This document shows, piece after piece, positions 26,190 to 37,802 of a stretch of 64,000 bases of DNA. The notes beneath the pieces were generated by a model, which saw only the letters and a program-made list of their open reading frames with translations, had not been told where the DNA came from and did not search any database. The stretch comes from Carcharhinus longimanus (taxonomy: Eukaryota): NCBI GenBank assembly GCA_030264375.1, contig JASCQW010000081.1, positions 93,102,923-93,166,922 on the forward strand, given 5' to 3'. The position numbers and the translations under genes are program-made. Numbering within the stretch: position 1 is the stretch's first letter; each line of letters starts with the position of its first letter.

Positions 26190-28920
26190 AACGAATTTGA
26201 TACAGAGTTGATTGAGAAGACATGGCAGCTAGTTTATTAAAGATGATGACTGAACGTCCAGGGGTATTCAATAGTTACATAGTACAGACAAAAAAAAAGT
26301 AAAGTTGGTGGAGTTGGACTGCTCTTTAAAAAGAAATCAGTAGCATACCGAAGAAAGGATATTAGTCCTGACAATGTGGAATATGTGTGGGTAAAATTAA
26401 GAAACTGCAAGAGGCAATAAACTTAAATCAGAAATGTATATAGGCCCACAAACACGAGTGGTGACGTTTGGAATAACATTAAAAAGGAAATTAGAAATGC
26501 ATGCAGTGAAGACGCATATTTAATTTTAGATTATTTTAAACTGCATATAGGTTAGGCAAATTAAATCAGCCACAGTGACGGAGAGGAGGTTTTTCTTGAA
26601 TGATAGCTGGATGGATGTGTCGAACAATGCCTTGAGGAAAAATGTAGTGGAGAGAAAATTCAAGGCCGAGCATGTTTGAACATTAAATGTATAATTGGCT
26701 ATCTAGTTGTGTGCGACCCATTGGAAATGAGATATTATAACATAATTGAATTACTTCAAGATGTAAAGCGTTGTCGTTGATTCTGGTAATTGGGTCCTGA
26801 ATCTTCATAAAGGAAACTGCAATAGAGTCATGAGTTGGCTATGATTACAATGGGAGGCATTAATGAAACGGTTGGTAATGGATCGACAATGACAAACATT
26901 AAATCAGCGCATGTGTACCTTTAAACAGTTATTTGTTTCTCCCTTTTGCAATAATTAAACTGCAACGTTGGCCAAAGCATGCTTACAAGAGAAAGTAAAG
27001 ATACAATCAGGCCCAAGGGTGAGCCATATAAATTGGACAAAAAAATGCACCTAAGGATTGAGAGCAGTTTATAATTCAGCAAAGAATCACCCAATGATTG
27101 AGTAAAAAGTGGGAAAAAAGTTCGAGGGTAATATTTCTGGCAGCGTAAAAGATGACCGTGAAAGCCTTCATAGGTATGTGAGGAGACAAACATTGGTGAA
27201 TGAAAAATCAATAACAGGAAAATTTATAATGGAAAGAAAATGGCTGATATAATCAATGCATTTTTTGAGTTTGTCTTCATAACGAAGGACACAAGTAAGA
27301 TGCCAAAATGATGGGAACACAAGCCTTAGTGAGAGGGTGGATATGAAGCTATTGGTTTGGGCAAATGTTAGAATTGAAGGACAATAAATCCAAACAGCCT
27401 GATAATCTCCAAGCCAGTGCACTTGAGGAAGTGTGTCGATGCACGTTAGATACATTTGTGGCCATCTTTCAAGATTGTGTAGACTCTGGAACAGTTACTT
27501 CAGATTGATGCATAGCTACTATAACCACTCTACATTCAGGGGGAGATCGAGAGGAAACAGAACATTATGGGCCAATACGTCGGTATTGTGGAACATTTCA
27601 AATATTTTATAGCAAAAGACTTGAAAAACAGTGGCAGAATTGGAGAGATCCTGCATGGAATAATTAAAGGGAAATCATGATTGATAAATGCACTGGAAAT
27701 TTTCGATAATACGCCTCTTAGCGGTGATAAGGTTGGGGAGGTGGGGCGGGGAGAGAGTGAATCGATGCGATTTATTTGGACTTACAGAAGGATCAAGCAT
27801 ATGGAATTCGGGTCGTGTATTGAAAACAAACATAAGTTGATTGGCAGAAGCCAAACAAATGGGAGGGATAAATGTTTTATTTTCCAAACGGCGGACAGTG
27901 CATAATGGGTGATTATAGGGACCATTGCTGTGAGTTCAGTATATTTACGCTGTCTTTTGCTGATATAGATTATTTCATTAATTGTATAAGCTCCACATGT
28001 TCGGATGACAAAATCCGGGTGGGAGGGTAAGCTGTGAGAAGTATGCAGAGCTGCTTCAATGTGTTTTGGGCACATCACATGACTCGGCAAACGAATGGCA
28101 GGTGCAACATAATTTGGATAAAATTGTGGTTATTCCTGTTGGTAGCAAAAACAGGAAGACAGATTACTTCGTGAACGGCCTTGAATTAGGAATGGGTAAT
28201 TTGTACGAGGCCTGGGGGCCCTCGTGCACCGATGAGTCAAGATATGCATGCAGGTGATGCAGACAGTAAAATAGACAAATGGAATGCTGACCTTCAAAAC
28301 GAAAGGATTCGGAAGCAACAATTGAAAGGTCTTGTTGCGAATATAGAGGGCCTTTTTGAGGCCACACCTTGAACACTATGGGCTATTTTTATCTCATTGT
28401 CTGAAAAAGGTATCCTTGTGGTAGACGAAGTGTACAGTTGATTTTCTAGACTGATTACTGGGGGCGGCAAGATTGACAATCCACGAGAGATTGTGTCGAT
28501 TAGGATTGTATTCCCTGGAGTTGGGAATAATGAGGGGGGGTATGGTCGAAGCCTTTAAAGTTCTAACAAGAATGGAAACGTAGATGCAGTAAGGATAGTC
28601 CCGATAGCTGCGCTGTCCAAAATCAGTGATCATTTTCTCATGGTGCAGGGTAGACTATTTAGCATTATGATGAGGCGAAATATATTCAGCCAGAATTCTC
28701 AATCTATGGAATTGGCTATCACTGGAAGTAGTTGAGGCCAAAACATTGGACGTTATCAAGTAGCAGTCAGAAATAGTAATTAAGGTGAATGGGCACAACG
28801 GAAATGTGGCAAGAAAGTATCAGGTTATGAAAATGCATCACCAGCCATAATCATAATAAGAAAGCTTGAAAGGTTTAATTCCCTTCGCCAGCTCCGATTT
28901 TCTCTGCCTGTATGTTGCAG
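26190..28920 (+). mobile_element. Long decayed CR1 LINE ORF2 (endonuclease through 3' end)
   Basis: ggtggagttgga (GGGVA), gtatataggccc (VYRP), tctggaacagtt...gattg, atttatttggacttacagaagg (IYLDFQKA), gttcggatgacaaaa, aggccacaccttgaacac (RPHLE); many stops and frameshifts. Confidence 0.8.
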
Positions 28921-29123
28921 AAATGAAAGTTACTTTTTTTTTCAAGACAATTCTGTGCAGACCGTTGCATATCGATAGTGACCATGCAACTAGCTGGCTT
29001 TTAACGTCGTCGTTCCAAAAAATTACTTCTGTTCACACAGGGCATATTGCACACATTCCAAACAATCATCTGACAGTATTAATGAACTCACCGTCGTCTT
29101 TCAAATGTTTCTCCAATTCTATA

Positions 29124-29150
<27 letters not shown>
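29124..29150. repeat. (AAT)9 microsatellite
   Basis: Direct reading. Confidence 0.95.
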
Positions 29151-29155
<5 letters not shown>

Positions 29156-29470
29156 GTATCATCTTCATTAGGATCTTCTTGAACAGCGAGTCGTTCGTTG
29201 CGTTATCAGTGAGTTAAAATAAAGTGACACGTTATGTGCTTTGTTTCCAAATTTGTCGATTGTATACCTTTACGTTTTGGCACAACTCTGAAAAAAAATC
29301 TCGCTGTTGTTTTCCTCAGTGCAGAGTATGGCATCATATTTTTTTTTCTTTTTGCTTTCTTTCAATTCTTGGTCTTAAAGATTGTTGGAATGTTGTGGAT
29401 GCCTCTACAATATGTTTAACCCGGTTCCTACTTTTGTTGTCAATCGCATCATACCTGAAACATAGCTGTC

Positions 29471-29632
29471 GTCCGGCTAGTCAGGATTAATTGATAAAGT
29501 CATCTGGCTGTCTTATAAAATGGGGTCCGGATGTTGTTATGTCATTTGTTTGTCTGGCTAGTTAGGATTAAGTGATAAACCATCTGGCTGTCTTATAACT
29601 TGGGGTCCGGACGTTGTTACCTCATTTGTTCT
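29471..29632. repeat. 81-bp tandem duplication (2 copies)
   Basis: gtccggctagtcaggattaattgataaa... (29471) and gtctggctagttaggattaagtgataaa... (29552), both containing catctggctgtcttataa and tggggtccgga. Confidence 0.9.
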
Positions 29633-30055
29633 AGTCAATGTTTACTTTCCAGTTAACCAACCAAATTGAAAAAAAAAATAATTTTATTATCGCAGTGCAC
29701 ATCAATACTGACCATGCATCTGGTTGTCTTTTTTTCACGTCGTCGTTCCAAAAAAAACCTCTGTTCACGCAGGGAATATTGCACACATTTCTTAGAGACT
29801 GTTGTGCACAAGGTGGTGCAATGCCGAAGAACACATTTGAACCCTGTGCTTTGCTGAAACGTTGTTGAAAAGTGATAACTGATTCGCCCGAATTGGAGCA
29901 GTCCAGTCCGTTATGCATTGCATATTTGCCTCGGACAAACCATGTTCGTGACAGTGCGCGTATTTTAAATTAATACTCACCTTGGTATGTTCCTTCATGC
30001 CTCTGGAACTGGACAATCTGCTGACCGCCTCACCCTCTTCCACTCCTTAAATTCT

Positions 30056-30183
30056 GGGTGGAATTTTCCCGACATGTCTATCCGAGGTTCGTGCAATCCT
30101 TCCCAAGACCAAAGAAGAACGCCATTCTCCCAGCCTCTACCGCCCCCGGAACTGAGGCGGGCGTACTTGTAAAATTTCGGCCT
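30056..30183. mobile_element. Short GC-rich element with imperfect terminal inverted repeats (MITE-like)
   Basis: Left end gggtggaattttc; right end gtaaaatttcggcc (reverse complement ggccgaaattttac). Confidence 0.4.
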
Positions 30184-30539
30184 CTATGTCACATTCTGTC
30201 AAGTGAAGTCCGTGGAAAAACGGTAACAATTCCCGAATATAATTTCTGATCATTATTTTCCTCAATGCATGCGCTGTACAGGGATTAACTTCAAAACCTC
30301 GGCTACTTCAACTCTGTAAAAAAAGAACAATTCTGCTTTCTGCATGTGATCACATCAAACTCAAAGTTTGCCATAGTTTCATACTCGCTGACTCCCCAGT
30401 ATGTATTGCTTTCGAATTCACTTTTTCACCACAACTAGCCTCGCTACTCGAAAATGATCAATAGCAGTTAACACAATTTCGGAATATTTCCATGCATCGC
30501 TCCAGTCCCAAATTCAGGTCAAAACAGAACAAAAATGAT

Positions 30540-30845
30540 GAAGCGTATTTATTAGTTACAAGTGGGCTTAAATTAACACTGCAATAAAGTTAATGTGAAA
30601 ATCCCACTGTCACCATATTCTGATGCCTGATCGGATATATTGAGCGAGATTTTTTGTTTGGCTGGCCATTCCACCTAACCGGAACACCTTTCAACGGTGG
30701 AAGGAAACCGGAGCACAAGGAGGAAACCTACACAGAGACGGTAAGAACGTGTAGAAACCCACACAGACACGGCGAGAATGTGTAGACTCCACAGAGACAG
30801 CAACACCATCTGGGAATCGAACCTAGCACTGTGAGGCAGCAGTTC
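30540..30845 (-). mobile_element. HE1-type SINE
   Basis: tttattagttacaagtgggcttaaattaacactgcaat...aggaaaccggagcac..gaggaaacc...gggaatcgaacct...gcactgtgaggcagcagt; carries an internal duplication of the acagagacgg..agaa unit. Confidence 0.75.
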
Positions 30846-31549
30846 ATGCGGCAAAATGTGGAATAAATGAACTCAATATCAAAACATGCAGAATTATCTC
30901 ACATGGCCAACTCCCTTGCCTTTTAGCATTCCATTAAAATAATACCAGTAGTCTCCGAATCTCTGAAAGGTACCTTCATTTTTAGGTTGTGTGTGTGAGC
31001 CACAATACTCTGTCTAACAAATACCTTTCCCCAAGAGAGGTCCCTTATTTTAATTTTCGTAGTTTCAAATCATGAATGGTACGCTGATCTACTCAAGTGC
31101 CAGGTCTGAGTGGTCAATGGCAAACACTGTATCATTGCACTACTCCCATCTCAACTTAGTTTCCGGCTTCATTTCGTATCCTTACAACTCAGTTTCTTTC
31201 AGTTGTAATAACGATTATTTTCTCCACATATCTCCCCTATTATACCCCTGCCTTATGTTAATTGATACGAAGCACATTAATACTCTGGCCCTTTGTCCGC
31301 ACAGTGACTAGCCCTGGCAAAGTTTAGTTGAAGACTCTTCCAGTGGTATACCGCTCCCATCTTGCTGACTAACTGTGCAGTCACCATCAACTTACAGGTG
31401 ATTGTTTCCTTCCAGACAGTTAAGCAAACATTAGTTCCCAGTGTCATTTATTTGGGTTCAGTTTTGGCATGCCTCAATGATTATGCTCCCTGAGTTTTTG
31501 TTTCCTGACGTAGTGTGTAGCTGCCCATAGTCCCTACAAATAACCTACT

Positions 31550-32056
31550 TATAAGAATATAAGAACATAAGAAATAGGGGCAGGGCTAGGGCATCTAGAC
31601 CTTCGAGTCTGCCCCAACATTCAAGAAGATCATGGCTGATCTGAAGTGGATCAGCTCCACTTACCCACCTGCTCCCCATAACCCTTAATTCCCTTATCGA
31701 TCAGAAATCTATCTACCCGTGACCTAAACATATTCAACGAGGTAGCCTCCACCACTTCAATGGGCAGAGAATGCCAGAGATTCACAATCCTCTGAGAGAA
31801 GAAGTTCCTCCTCAACTCTGTTCTAAACTGACCTCCCCTTATTTTGAGGCTGTGCCCTCTAGTTCTGGTTTCCTTTCTAAGTGGAAAGAATCTCTCTACC
31901 TCTGTTCTATCTGGCCCCTTCATTATCTTATATGTCTCTAATGAGATCCCCCCTCAGCCTTCTAAACTCCAATGAGTACAGGCCCAATCTGCTCAATCTG
32001 TCCTCATGAGCTAACCCCCTCATCTCCGGTATCAACCTGGTGAACCTTCTCTGTAC
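31550..32056 (-). mobile_element. Young CR1 LINE 3' end
   Basis: (ataagaac)n tail; ORF 31651-31923 TRTRGHSLKIRGGQFRTELRRNFFSQRIVNLWHSLP...KGIKGYG. Confidence 0.92.
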
Positions 32057-33605
32057 AGAATGGAGAACTCAATGAATGGGTCCAGTAAGGCTAAGAGAAA
32101 TAAAACACAAGGAGAGTGCACAAAACAAGATGGGACAGATGGCCTGAGAAAGCCTGGCAGAGAGAAAGTGCATTTATTTCAATGCAAGAGGCCTGATGGG
32201 CAAGGCAGATGAACTCAGGGCGTGGATGGGTACATGGGACTGGGATATTATGGCAATTACTGAAACATGGCTAAGGGAGAGACAGGACCAGCAGCTCAAT
32301 GTTCCAGGGCACAGATGCTATAGGAAAGATAGAACAGGAGGTAAGAGAGGAGGGGGAGTTGCACTTTTGATCAAGGAAAACATCACAGCAGTACTAAGCA
32401 GAGATATATTCGGCCACTGAGTCTATATGGGTAGAACTGAGAAATAAGAAGGGGGAGATCACTTTGATAGGATGTACTACAGCCCCCCAAATAGTTAGCG
32501 GGAAATTGAGGAGCAAATACGTAAGGAGATTACAGATAGCTCCAAAAAAAAAATAGGGTGGTAATAATTGGGGATTTTAATTTTCCCAACATTGTCTAGG
32601 ACAGCCATAGTATTAGAGGCTTGGATGGAGAGAAATTTGTTGAGTATATTCAGGAGGAATTTCTCATTCAACATATGGATGACCCGACTAGAGAAGGGCA
32701 AAACTTGGTCTCCTCTTGGGAAATAAGGAAGAGGAGGTGACAGAAGTGTTAATGAGGGATCACTTTGGGACCAGTGACCATAATTCCATTAGTTTTAAGA
32801 TAGCTATAGAGAATGATAGATCTAGCCCAGAAGTCAAAATTCTAAATTGGGGTAAGGCCAATTTTAATAGTATCAGGCAGGAACTTTCAAAAATTGATTG
32901 GTGGACTCACAGGTGGACAGGGTGGTGAAGAAGGCATTTGGCAAACTTGGTTCCATTGGTCACAATGTTGAATAGTGGAGTTGGGGCGTCTTGTTGAAGT
33001 TGTACAAGACATTGGTTAGGCCTCACTTAGAATGCTGTGTACAGTTCTGATCACCCCATTATAGAAAGGATATTATTAAACTAGAAAAAGTACAGAAAAG
33101 ATTTACTAGGATGCTACTGGGACTTGATGGTTTGAGTAATAAGGAGAGGCTGTATAGACTGGGACTTTTTTCCCTGGAGTATCAGAGGCTTAGGGGTGAT
33201 CTTATAGAGGTCTATAAAATAATGAGGGGCACAGATCAGTTAGGTAGTCAATATCTTTTTCCAAATACAGGAGAGTCTAAAACTAGAGGGCATAGGTTTA
33301 AGGTGAGAGGGGAGAGATACAAAAGGGTCCAGAGGGGCAATTGTTTTCACTGAGAGGCTGGTGAGTGTCTGGAACAAGCTGCCAGAGGTAGGAGTAGAGG
33401 CGGGTACAATTTTGTCTTTAAAAAGCATTTAGACAGTTAGAACAATACAGCACGGGAAATAGGCCCTTCAGCTTGGGTGATGGGTATTGAGGGATGTGGG
33501 CCGAATGCCGGCAGTTGGAACTAGCTTAATGGTAAAAAATAGGCGACATGGACAAGTTGGGCCGAAGAGTCTGTTTCCATGCTGTAAACCTCCATGCTCT
33601 ATATA
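32057..33605 (+). mobile_element. Young CR1 LINE with endonuclease region joined directly to the 3' end (RT core deleted at ~32903)
   Basis: NARGLMGKADEL...AITETWL...GGGVALL, GDFN, GTSDHN, then an abrupt jump at attgattggtggactcacagg to LVRPHLE...TRGHRFKVRG and tail catgctgtaaacctccatgctcta. Confidence 0.88.
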
Positions 33606-33799
33606 CCTTTTTCCAATCCAAAATATAACCCTTCATAGCTACACTCCGTTTCCTGTCACTCTGCCAACTTGGTATCCATACTACAACTATCCTTTTTCTT
33701 CCATAGGCTTTAACATTTCTGACAAGCCTTTTATGTGGCACTTTATGAATGCCTTTTGAAAGCCCATATACATCATCCACAAAATCCTCATGTTAATGC

Positions 33800-34322
33800 A
33801 TCAAAATTTAGCATGTCCACTATGACTCTCACCAGTTTCTACAGATACACCGTAGAAAGCATCCCTTCTGGTTGCATCACAGTTTGGTATGGCTTCTGCT
33901 CTGACCAAGACCGCAAGAAACTATAAAGGTTCATGAACGAAGCTCAGTCCATCCATTGACTCTGTCTACACTTGTCATTGCCTCGGAAAAGCAGCCAGCA
34001 TAATCAAGGACCCCTCACTCTCCAGACATTCTCTCTTCCACCTTCTTCCGTTAGGAAAAAGATACAGAAGACTGGTCACGTACCAACCGAGTCAAAAACA
34101 GCTTCTTCTCTGCTGCCATCAGAATTTTGAATGATCCTATCATACTTTAAGTTGATCTTTCTCTTCACCTTATTGGTAACTGCAACACTATATTCTGCAG
34201 CCTCTCCTTTCCTTCTTCCCAATGTACTCTATGAATGGTATGCTTTGTCTGTACAGCACGCAAGAAACAATACTTTTCACCGTATGTTAATACGTGTGAC
34301 AATAATAAATCAAATCAAACCA
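33800..34322 (+). mobile_element. Young Rex1/Babar 3' end
   Basis: TLTSFYRYTVESIPSGCITVWYGFCSDQDRKKL; tail aataataaatcaaatcaaacc. Confidence 0.88.
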
Positions 34323-34339
34323 AAAGTTTATAGACAACA

Positions 34340-34600
34340 TGCATCTGTCTATGTGGAGTTTACATGTTCTCCCTGTGTCTGCATGGGTTTCCTCTGGGTG
34401 CTCCGTTTTCCTCCCAAAGTCCAAGGATGTGCGGGTTAGGTGCATTGACCACGCTCAAATGCCCCTTAGTGTCCCAGGATGCGTAGCTTAGAGGGAATAG
34501 TAGGGTAAATGGGTGGGACAACGGGGATAGGACCTGGGTGGGACTGCTGTTGATGCAGACTCGATGGGCTGAATGACCTCCTGTAGGATTTCTATGATTC
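34340..34600 (+). mobile_element. HE1-type SINE (5'-truncated)
   Basis: tgtggagtttacatgttctccctgtgtctgcatgggtttcctctgggtgctccg...gatgcagactcgatgggctgaatgacctcctgtagg..tctatgattc. Confidence 0.85.
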
Positions 34601-34604
34601 TCCT

Positions 34605-34890
34605 ATACACAGCAGTGTGATAATGGACAGATAATCTTTTACTGATGTTGGTTGAGAGATACATATTGGTTAGAACACCAGGAATAAATCCCCTGCTCAT
34701 CTTCAAGTTTTACAGGGTCTTTTACATCCTAAAGGAGCAGACAGACCTCGGCGTAGCACTCACACGAAAGACGGCACCTCAGACAGTGCAGCACTCCCTC
34801 ACTATTGCGCTGGGTAGTCTGCCTAGATTTTGTGCCAAGTCTTAGGAATAAGATTTGAATCCATGAGGCAAGATACCCTTTTAGTCACAG
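34605..34890 (-). mobile_element. Deu-domain SINE (SacSINE1/AmnSINE1-related) fragment
   Basis: gaaagacggcacctcagacagtgcagcactccctcactattgc...cctagattttgtgc is the reverse complement of the conserved Deu domain, as recalled. Confidence 0.7.
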
Positions 34891-35284
34891 CTGACACATC
34901 ACTGCACTGCAAATGCAAACATTCTCAGTGTGGAATGAACCCGGAGTCACTAGCATTTGTTACTCTCTTCAACCCTCTCTCCGGAAAACTGCCTACCCTC
35001 ATTTAAAGCAGCTTCCCCAACTGCTCAGAATTCCACCTTGTAGAAGGTCACAGGCACAAGTTCATCTCAATCATTCCACAACACAAGTTGGTGGTAACAA
35101 AAAGGGCCATTTCTATAGAATTATAACTATTTATACAGTAGCAAACGCATGTGGATTAGGAGCAATTCGTCCGATCAACGTACTAATAATGAAATGCAAA
35201 CTTCCTCTTCATTTTTCTGGATGTAACTCATTTTGGTCCCTACATTTCAAAACAGCTAACAACCAGCAAGCTCAAAAGAGATAA

Positions 35285-35560
35285 AAGCTTGAAGTTTATT
35301 TGTCACAGGTAAGGCTTACAGTAACACTGCAATGAAGTTACCGTGAAATTCCCCCAGTTGCCATGCTCCGGCACCTGTTTGAGTCAACGCACCTAACCAG
35401 CACATCTTTCGGACTGTGGGAGGAAACCTGAGCACCCGGAGGAAACCCTCACACACATGGGGAGAACATGCAGACTCTACACAGACAGTGACCCAAGCCA
35501 GAAATTGAAGCTGAGTCCCTGGTGCTGTGAGGTGCTAATCACTGTGCCACCATGCCACTC
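35285..35560 (-). mobile_element. Young HE1-type SINE
   Basis: aagtttatttgtcacaggtaaggcttaca...cacctaaccagcacatctttcggactgtgggaggaaacctgagcacccggaggaaacc...cactgtgccaccatgcc. Confidence 0.9.
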
Positions 35561-35933
35561 CCAGACATATTGGATGTTTCTGCTATGTTTTGAACTGGTG
35601 AACATTTGCGTGTGTGGCGAATGTGATAACCACTACACTACAGAAACAAGCAGCATTTCCAAACGAAAGAAGTCACATCCGGTGAACGCGAGTGTGCCTG
35701 GGTTTATTCAAAGTGATGGGGTGTTCTCCCTTGGTTAATTTTTAATCATAAAGAGAATATCTGCGATTGGTGGGAGTTTGTGAAGCAGAAAATGATTGCC
35801 CCAGTGACAATACTTTAAAAAAAGTCATTGCCCATAAAGTACTCTGGGATGTCCCAAGATCACAAAAGCCTCTACAGGATTCAAAATCTTCCTTTCCTGA
35901 ATCCCAAATGGTAAAAACAAAGAGTACACTGAC

Positions 35934-36087
35934 CAGATTCCAAAGTCCGACGTATCCATAAGTGCTCCCTGCAGCCACCAGGAACTTGTGCTGAGACGGA
36001 TGAAAAGCCAGTGAGCAGACTCGATTTGTTGTCACTTTTGCAACAAAGCCTTCCTGGATGGTCATCTTGTTCAAACTGGACTTGTAC
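35934..36087 (-). CDS. WDR76: WD repeat-containing protein 76, internal exon (154 bp, start of the WD40 region)
   Basis: ctag|G TAC AAG...TGG AAT CTG|gtcagt; encodes YKSSLNKMTIQEGFVAKVTTNRVCSLAFHPSQHKFLVAAGSTYGYVGLWNL, matching WDR76/Cmr1 (human, from memory: YKANLNGMVISEDTVYKVTTGPIFSMALHPSETRTLVAVGAKFGQVGLCDL). Confidence 0.9.
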
Positions 36088-36197
36088 CTAGTCAGAGGGA
36101 TAATGGTGAAGGAATGGGTTTATCGAAAATAAAACGTATAAAAAACTGGAAATAATCTTTTTTATTTAAAAATCAATCTCAAACTGAAGAAACTTAC

Positions 36198-36241
36198 TTT
36201 TTCAATTCTGCTGGTTGCTTTTCTTTAATGCGCATCTCACC
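36198..36241 (-). CDS. WDR76: WDR76 internal exon (44 bp)
   Basis: ttccag|GGT GAG ATG CGC...TTG AAA AA|gtaagt; encodes GEMRIKEKQPAELK(K); phase 2 joins the next exon in frame across a 110-bp intron. Confidence 0.85.
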
Positions 36242-36768
36242 CTGGAAGAAGAGTGCACTAAGTGTTAAATTAGTGACAAAATTAAGAGTCCTTTGTTTTG
36301 CAATTCAGTTCATGTTGTCAACATTTTCTGCTTTATTTTGACTGAACACCAAAATTAAATTTTTAATGTTAATGTTATTTTGAGTTGGAGATGACTCAGG
36401 ATGAGGTCAGGAAAAAAGACAAGATTTAAATTTAAAAAGGTTAAGATACTGAAAAAGTATTGGCTAATCATAAAATCTCCTAAAAAAAACAACTGCAGTT
36501 AACAATCAGCTTTTACATATATCTATATATTTCATATAGTTAGAAATATATGGCAAATGGCAGTTGAACGTGACTTTGGAAAGCACTTACCCAGCTGCTC
36601 TATGAATATTGACTGAGAACTATTGGCAAAGTTTTTAAATTGTTGTGCAAGGATCAGTATGTTCGTAGTGAGCCTGGAACCCTTCAAACAGCTGGGTTAC
36701 TCTCAACAACTAAATTTGAGTTAACCTTGCCAGTACACATACGTCTCAGTTCAACTGTAGTGGAATAC

Positions 36769-36858
36769 CTGACTAATCCCCAGCCATGTGTTCACCAGAT
36801 TCTCAGTTACTTTGTTGTCCTGTTCTTCATTTGCAATCATTTTCACTGGCCCAGAAAT
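36769..36858 (-). CDS. WDR76: WDR76 internal exon (90 bp)
   Basis: ttccacag|ATT TCT GGG...AGT CAG|gtattc; encodes ISGPVKMIANEEQDNKVTENLVNTWLGISQ (compare human PGPLEM...FLHTWAGMSK, from memory); phase 0 joins the 44-bp exon. Confidence 0.82.
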
Positions 36859-37130
36859 CTGTGGAAGATAATATAATCAATGTAGAATTACACAGAATAT
36901 TCAGCACAGAAACAGGTCATTCGGCCCAACCAGCCCATCCTAGCATTTGAGCATTCTTCTATCTTCTCACTATCAGCATTAATCTCTTTTCCCTTGACTG
37001 TCCTGTATATCCAGCTTCCCATTAAATGTATCGATAGCACTTGCTTCAACTACTTCCTGTAATAACAAATTCCAAACTCTCACCTTCAATATTAGTGTAA
37101 CATTTCTTTCCATAAGCTATAGTCAAGTTG

Positions 37131-37203
37131 GGGGAATTAGCTCAAATGGTAGATCATCAGCTTAGCACATGAGAGATAGTTGGATTGATGCCCACATTCT
37201 CAA
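37131..37203 (+). pseudogene. tRNA-Ala(AGC) pseudogene
   Basis: GGGGAATTAGCTCAAATGGTAGA...CTTAGCA...GATGCCC.CATTCTC; about 14 substitutions from the vertebrate Ala-AGC gene as recalled, with a disrupted anticodon stem and B-box; followed by TTTT, no encoded CCA. Confidence 0.85.
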
Positions 37204-37264
37204 TTTTGATTTACACACATGAATTGACAGGGAATACAGAGCTATGGGCCACATAGAGACAAAA

Positions 37265-37800
37265 GGTCTTTCGGATTGCCTCACGTGGTATATATTTTGT
37301 CCAACGCGATCTTCACAACTGTGGGGTGGGATGTAAGCTGCTATCAGGGTAGCGGAGGTTAACACCCACGGAAGGTAGTAGGGGTGGCATTTTAGCATCA
37401 GGTATTAAATGTCAGGACAGCAAATGTCTACTTCAACCCCTGTTCACATTAACAGGGACGAAGTAGAAATAGTCAAAAGCTTCAGGATTTTAGGTGTCCA
37501 GATCATCAACAACTTGTCCTTGTCCTCCCACACTGACACTATAGTTAAGAAAGCCCACCAATGCCTCTACTTTCTCAGAAGACTAAGGAAATTTGGCATG
37601 TCAACTATCAAATTTTACAGTTGCACCATAGAAAGCATCCTTTCTGGTTGTATCACAGTTTGGTGTGGCACCTGCTCTGACCAAGACTGCAAGAAACTAC
37701 AAAAGGTTGTAAATGAATCCCAATCCATCACGCATTAAGTTGATCTTTCTTTACACCCTAGCTATGATTGTAACACTATATTCTGCATTCTCTCATTTCT
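37265..37800 (+). mobile_element. Rex1/Babar 3' piece (37409-37800, plus) abutting an inverted Rex1 endonuclease piece (~37265-37408, minus)
   Basis: Plus: PVHINRDEVEIVKSFRILGV...KKAHQCLYFLRRLRKFG...CTIESILSGCITVW. Minus: LKCHPYYLPWVLTSATLIAAYIPP (Rex1 KCRPYYLPREF...VYIPP). Confidence 0.85.
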
Positions 37801-37802
37801 TT

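Larger units (their letters stand above)
28966..29789. repeat. Pair of ~92-bp diverged direct repeats (28966-29057 and 29696-29789)
   Basis: Shared tgaccatgca...acgtcgtcgttccaaaaaa...tctgttcac.caggg.atattgcacacatt. Confidence 0.85.

Noticed and set aside
29471-29632. CRISPR-like array (also considered for 52368-52455)
   Set aside because: Vertebrate context, contiguous tandem units without unique spacers, and no cas genes.
29981-30045. Candidate minus-strand exon ending CCAAG|gtgagt
   Set aside because: The peptide (EEGEAVSRLSSSRGMKEHTK) is unrecognisable, the acceptor is weak and no partner exon was found.
35742-35933. Extension of the WDR76 ORF (VSVLFVFTIWD...)
   Set aside because: Intronic read-through past the gtcagt donor into SINE-like sequence.
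36589-36640. Strong minus-strand donor (TGG|gtaagt) between WDR76 exons
   Set aside because: The required phase-0 frame has a TAG three codons upstream; the exon at 36769-36858 fits instead.
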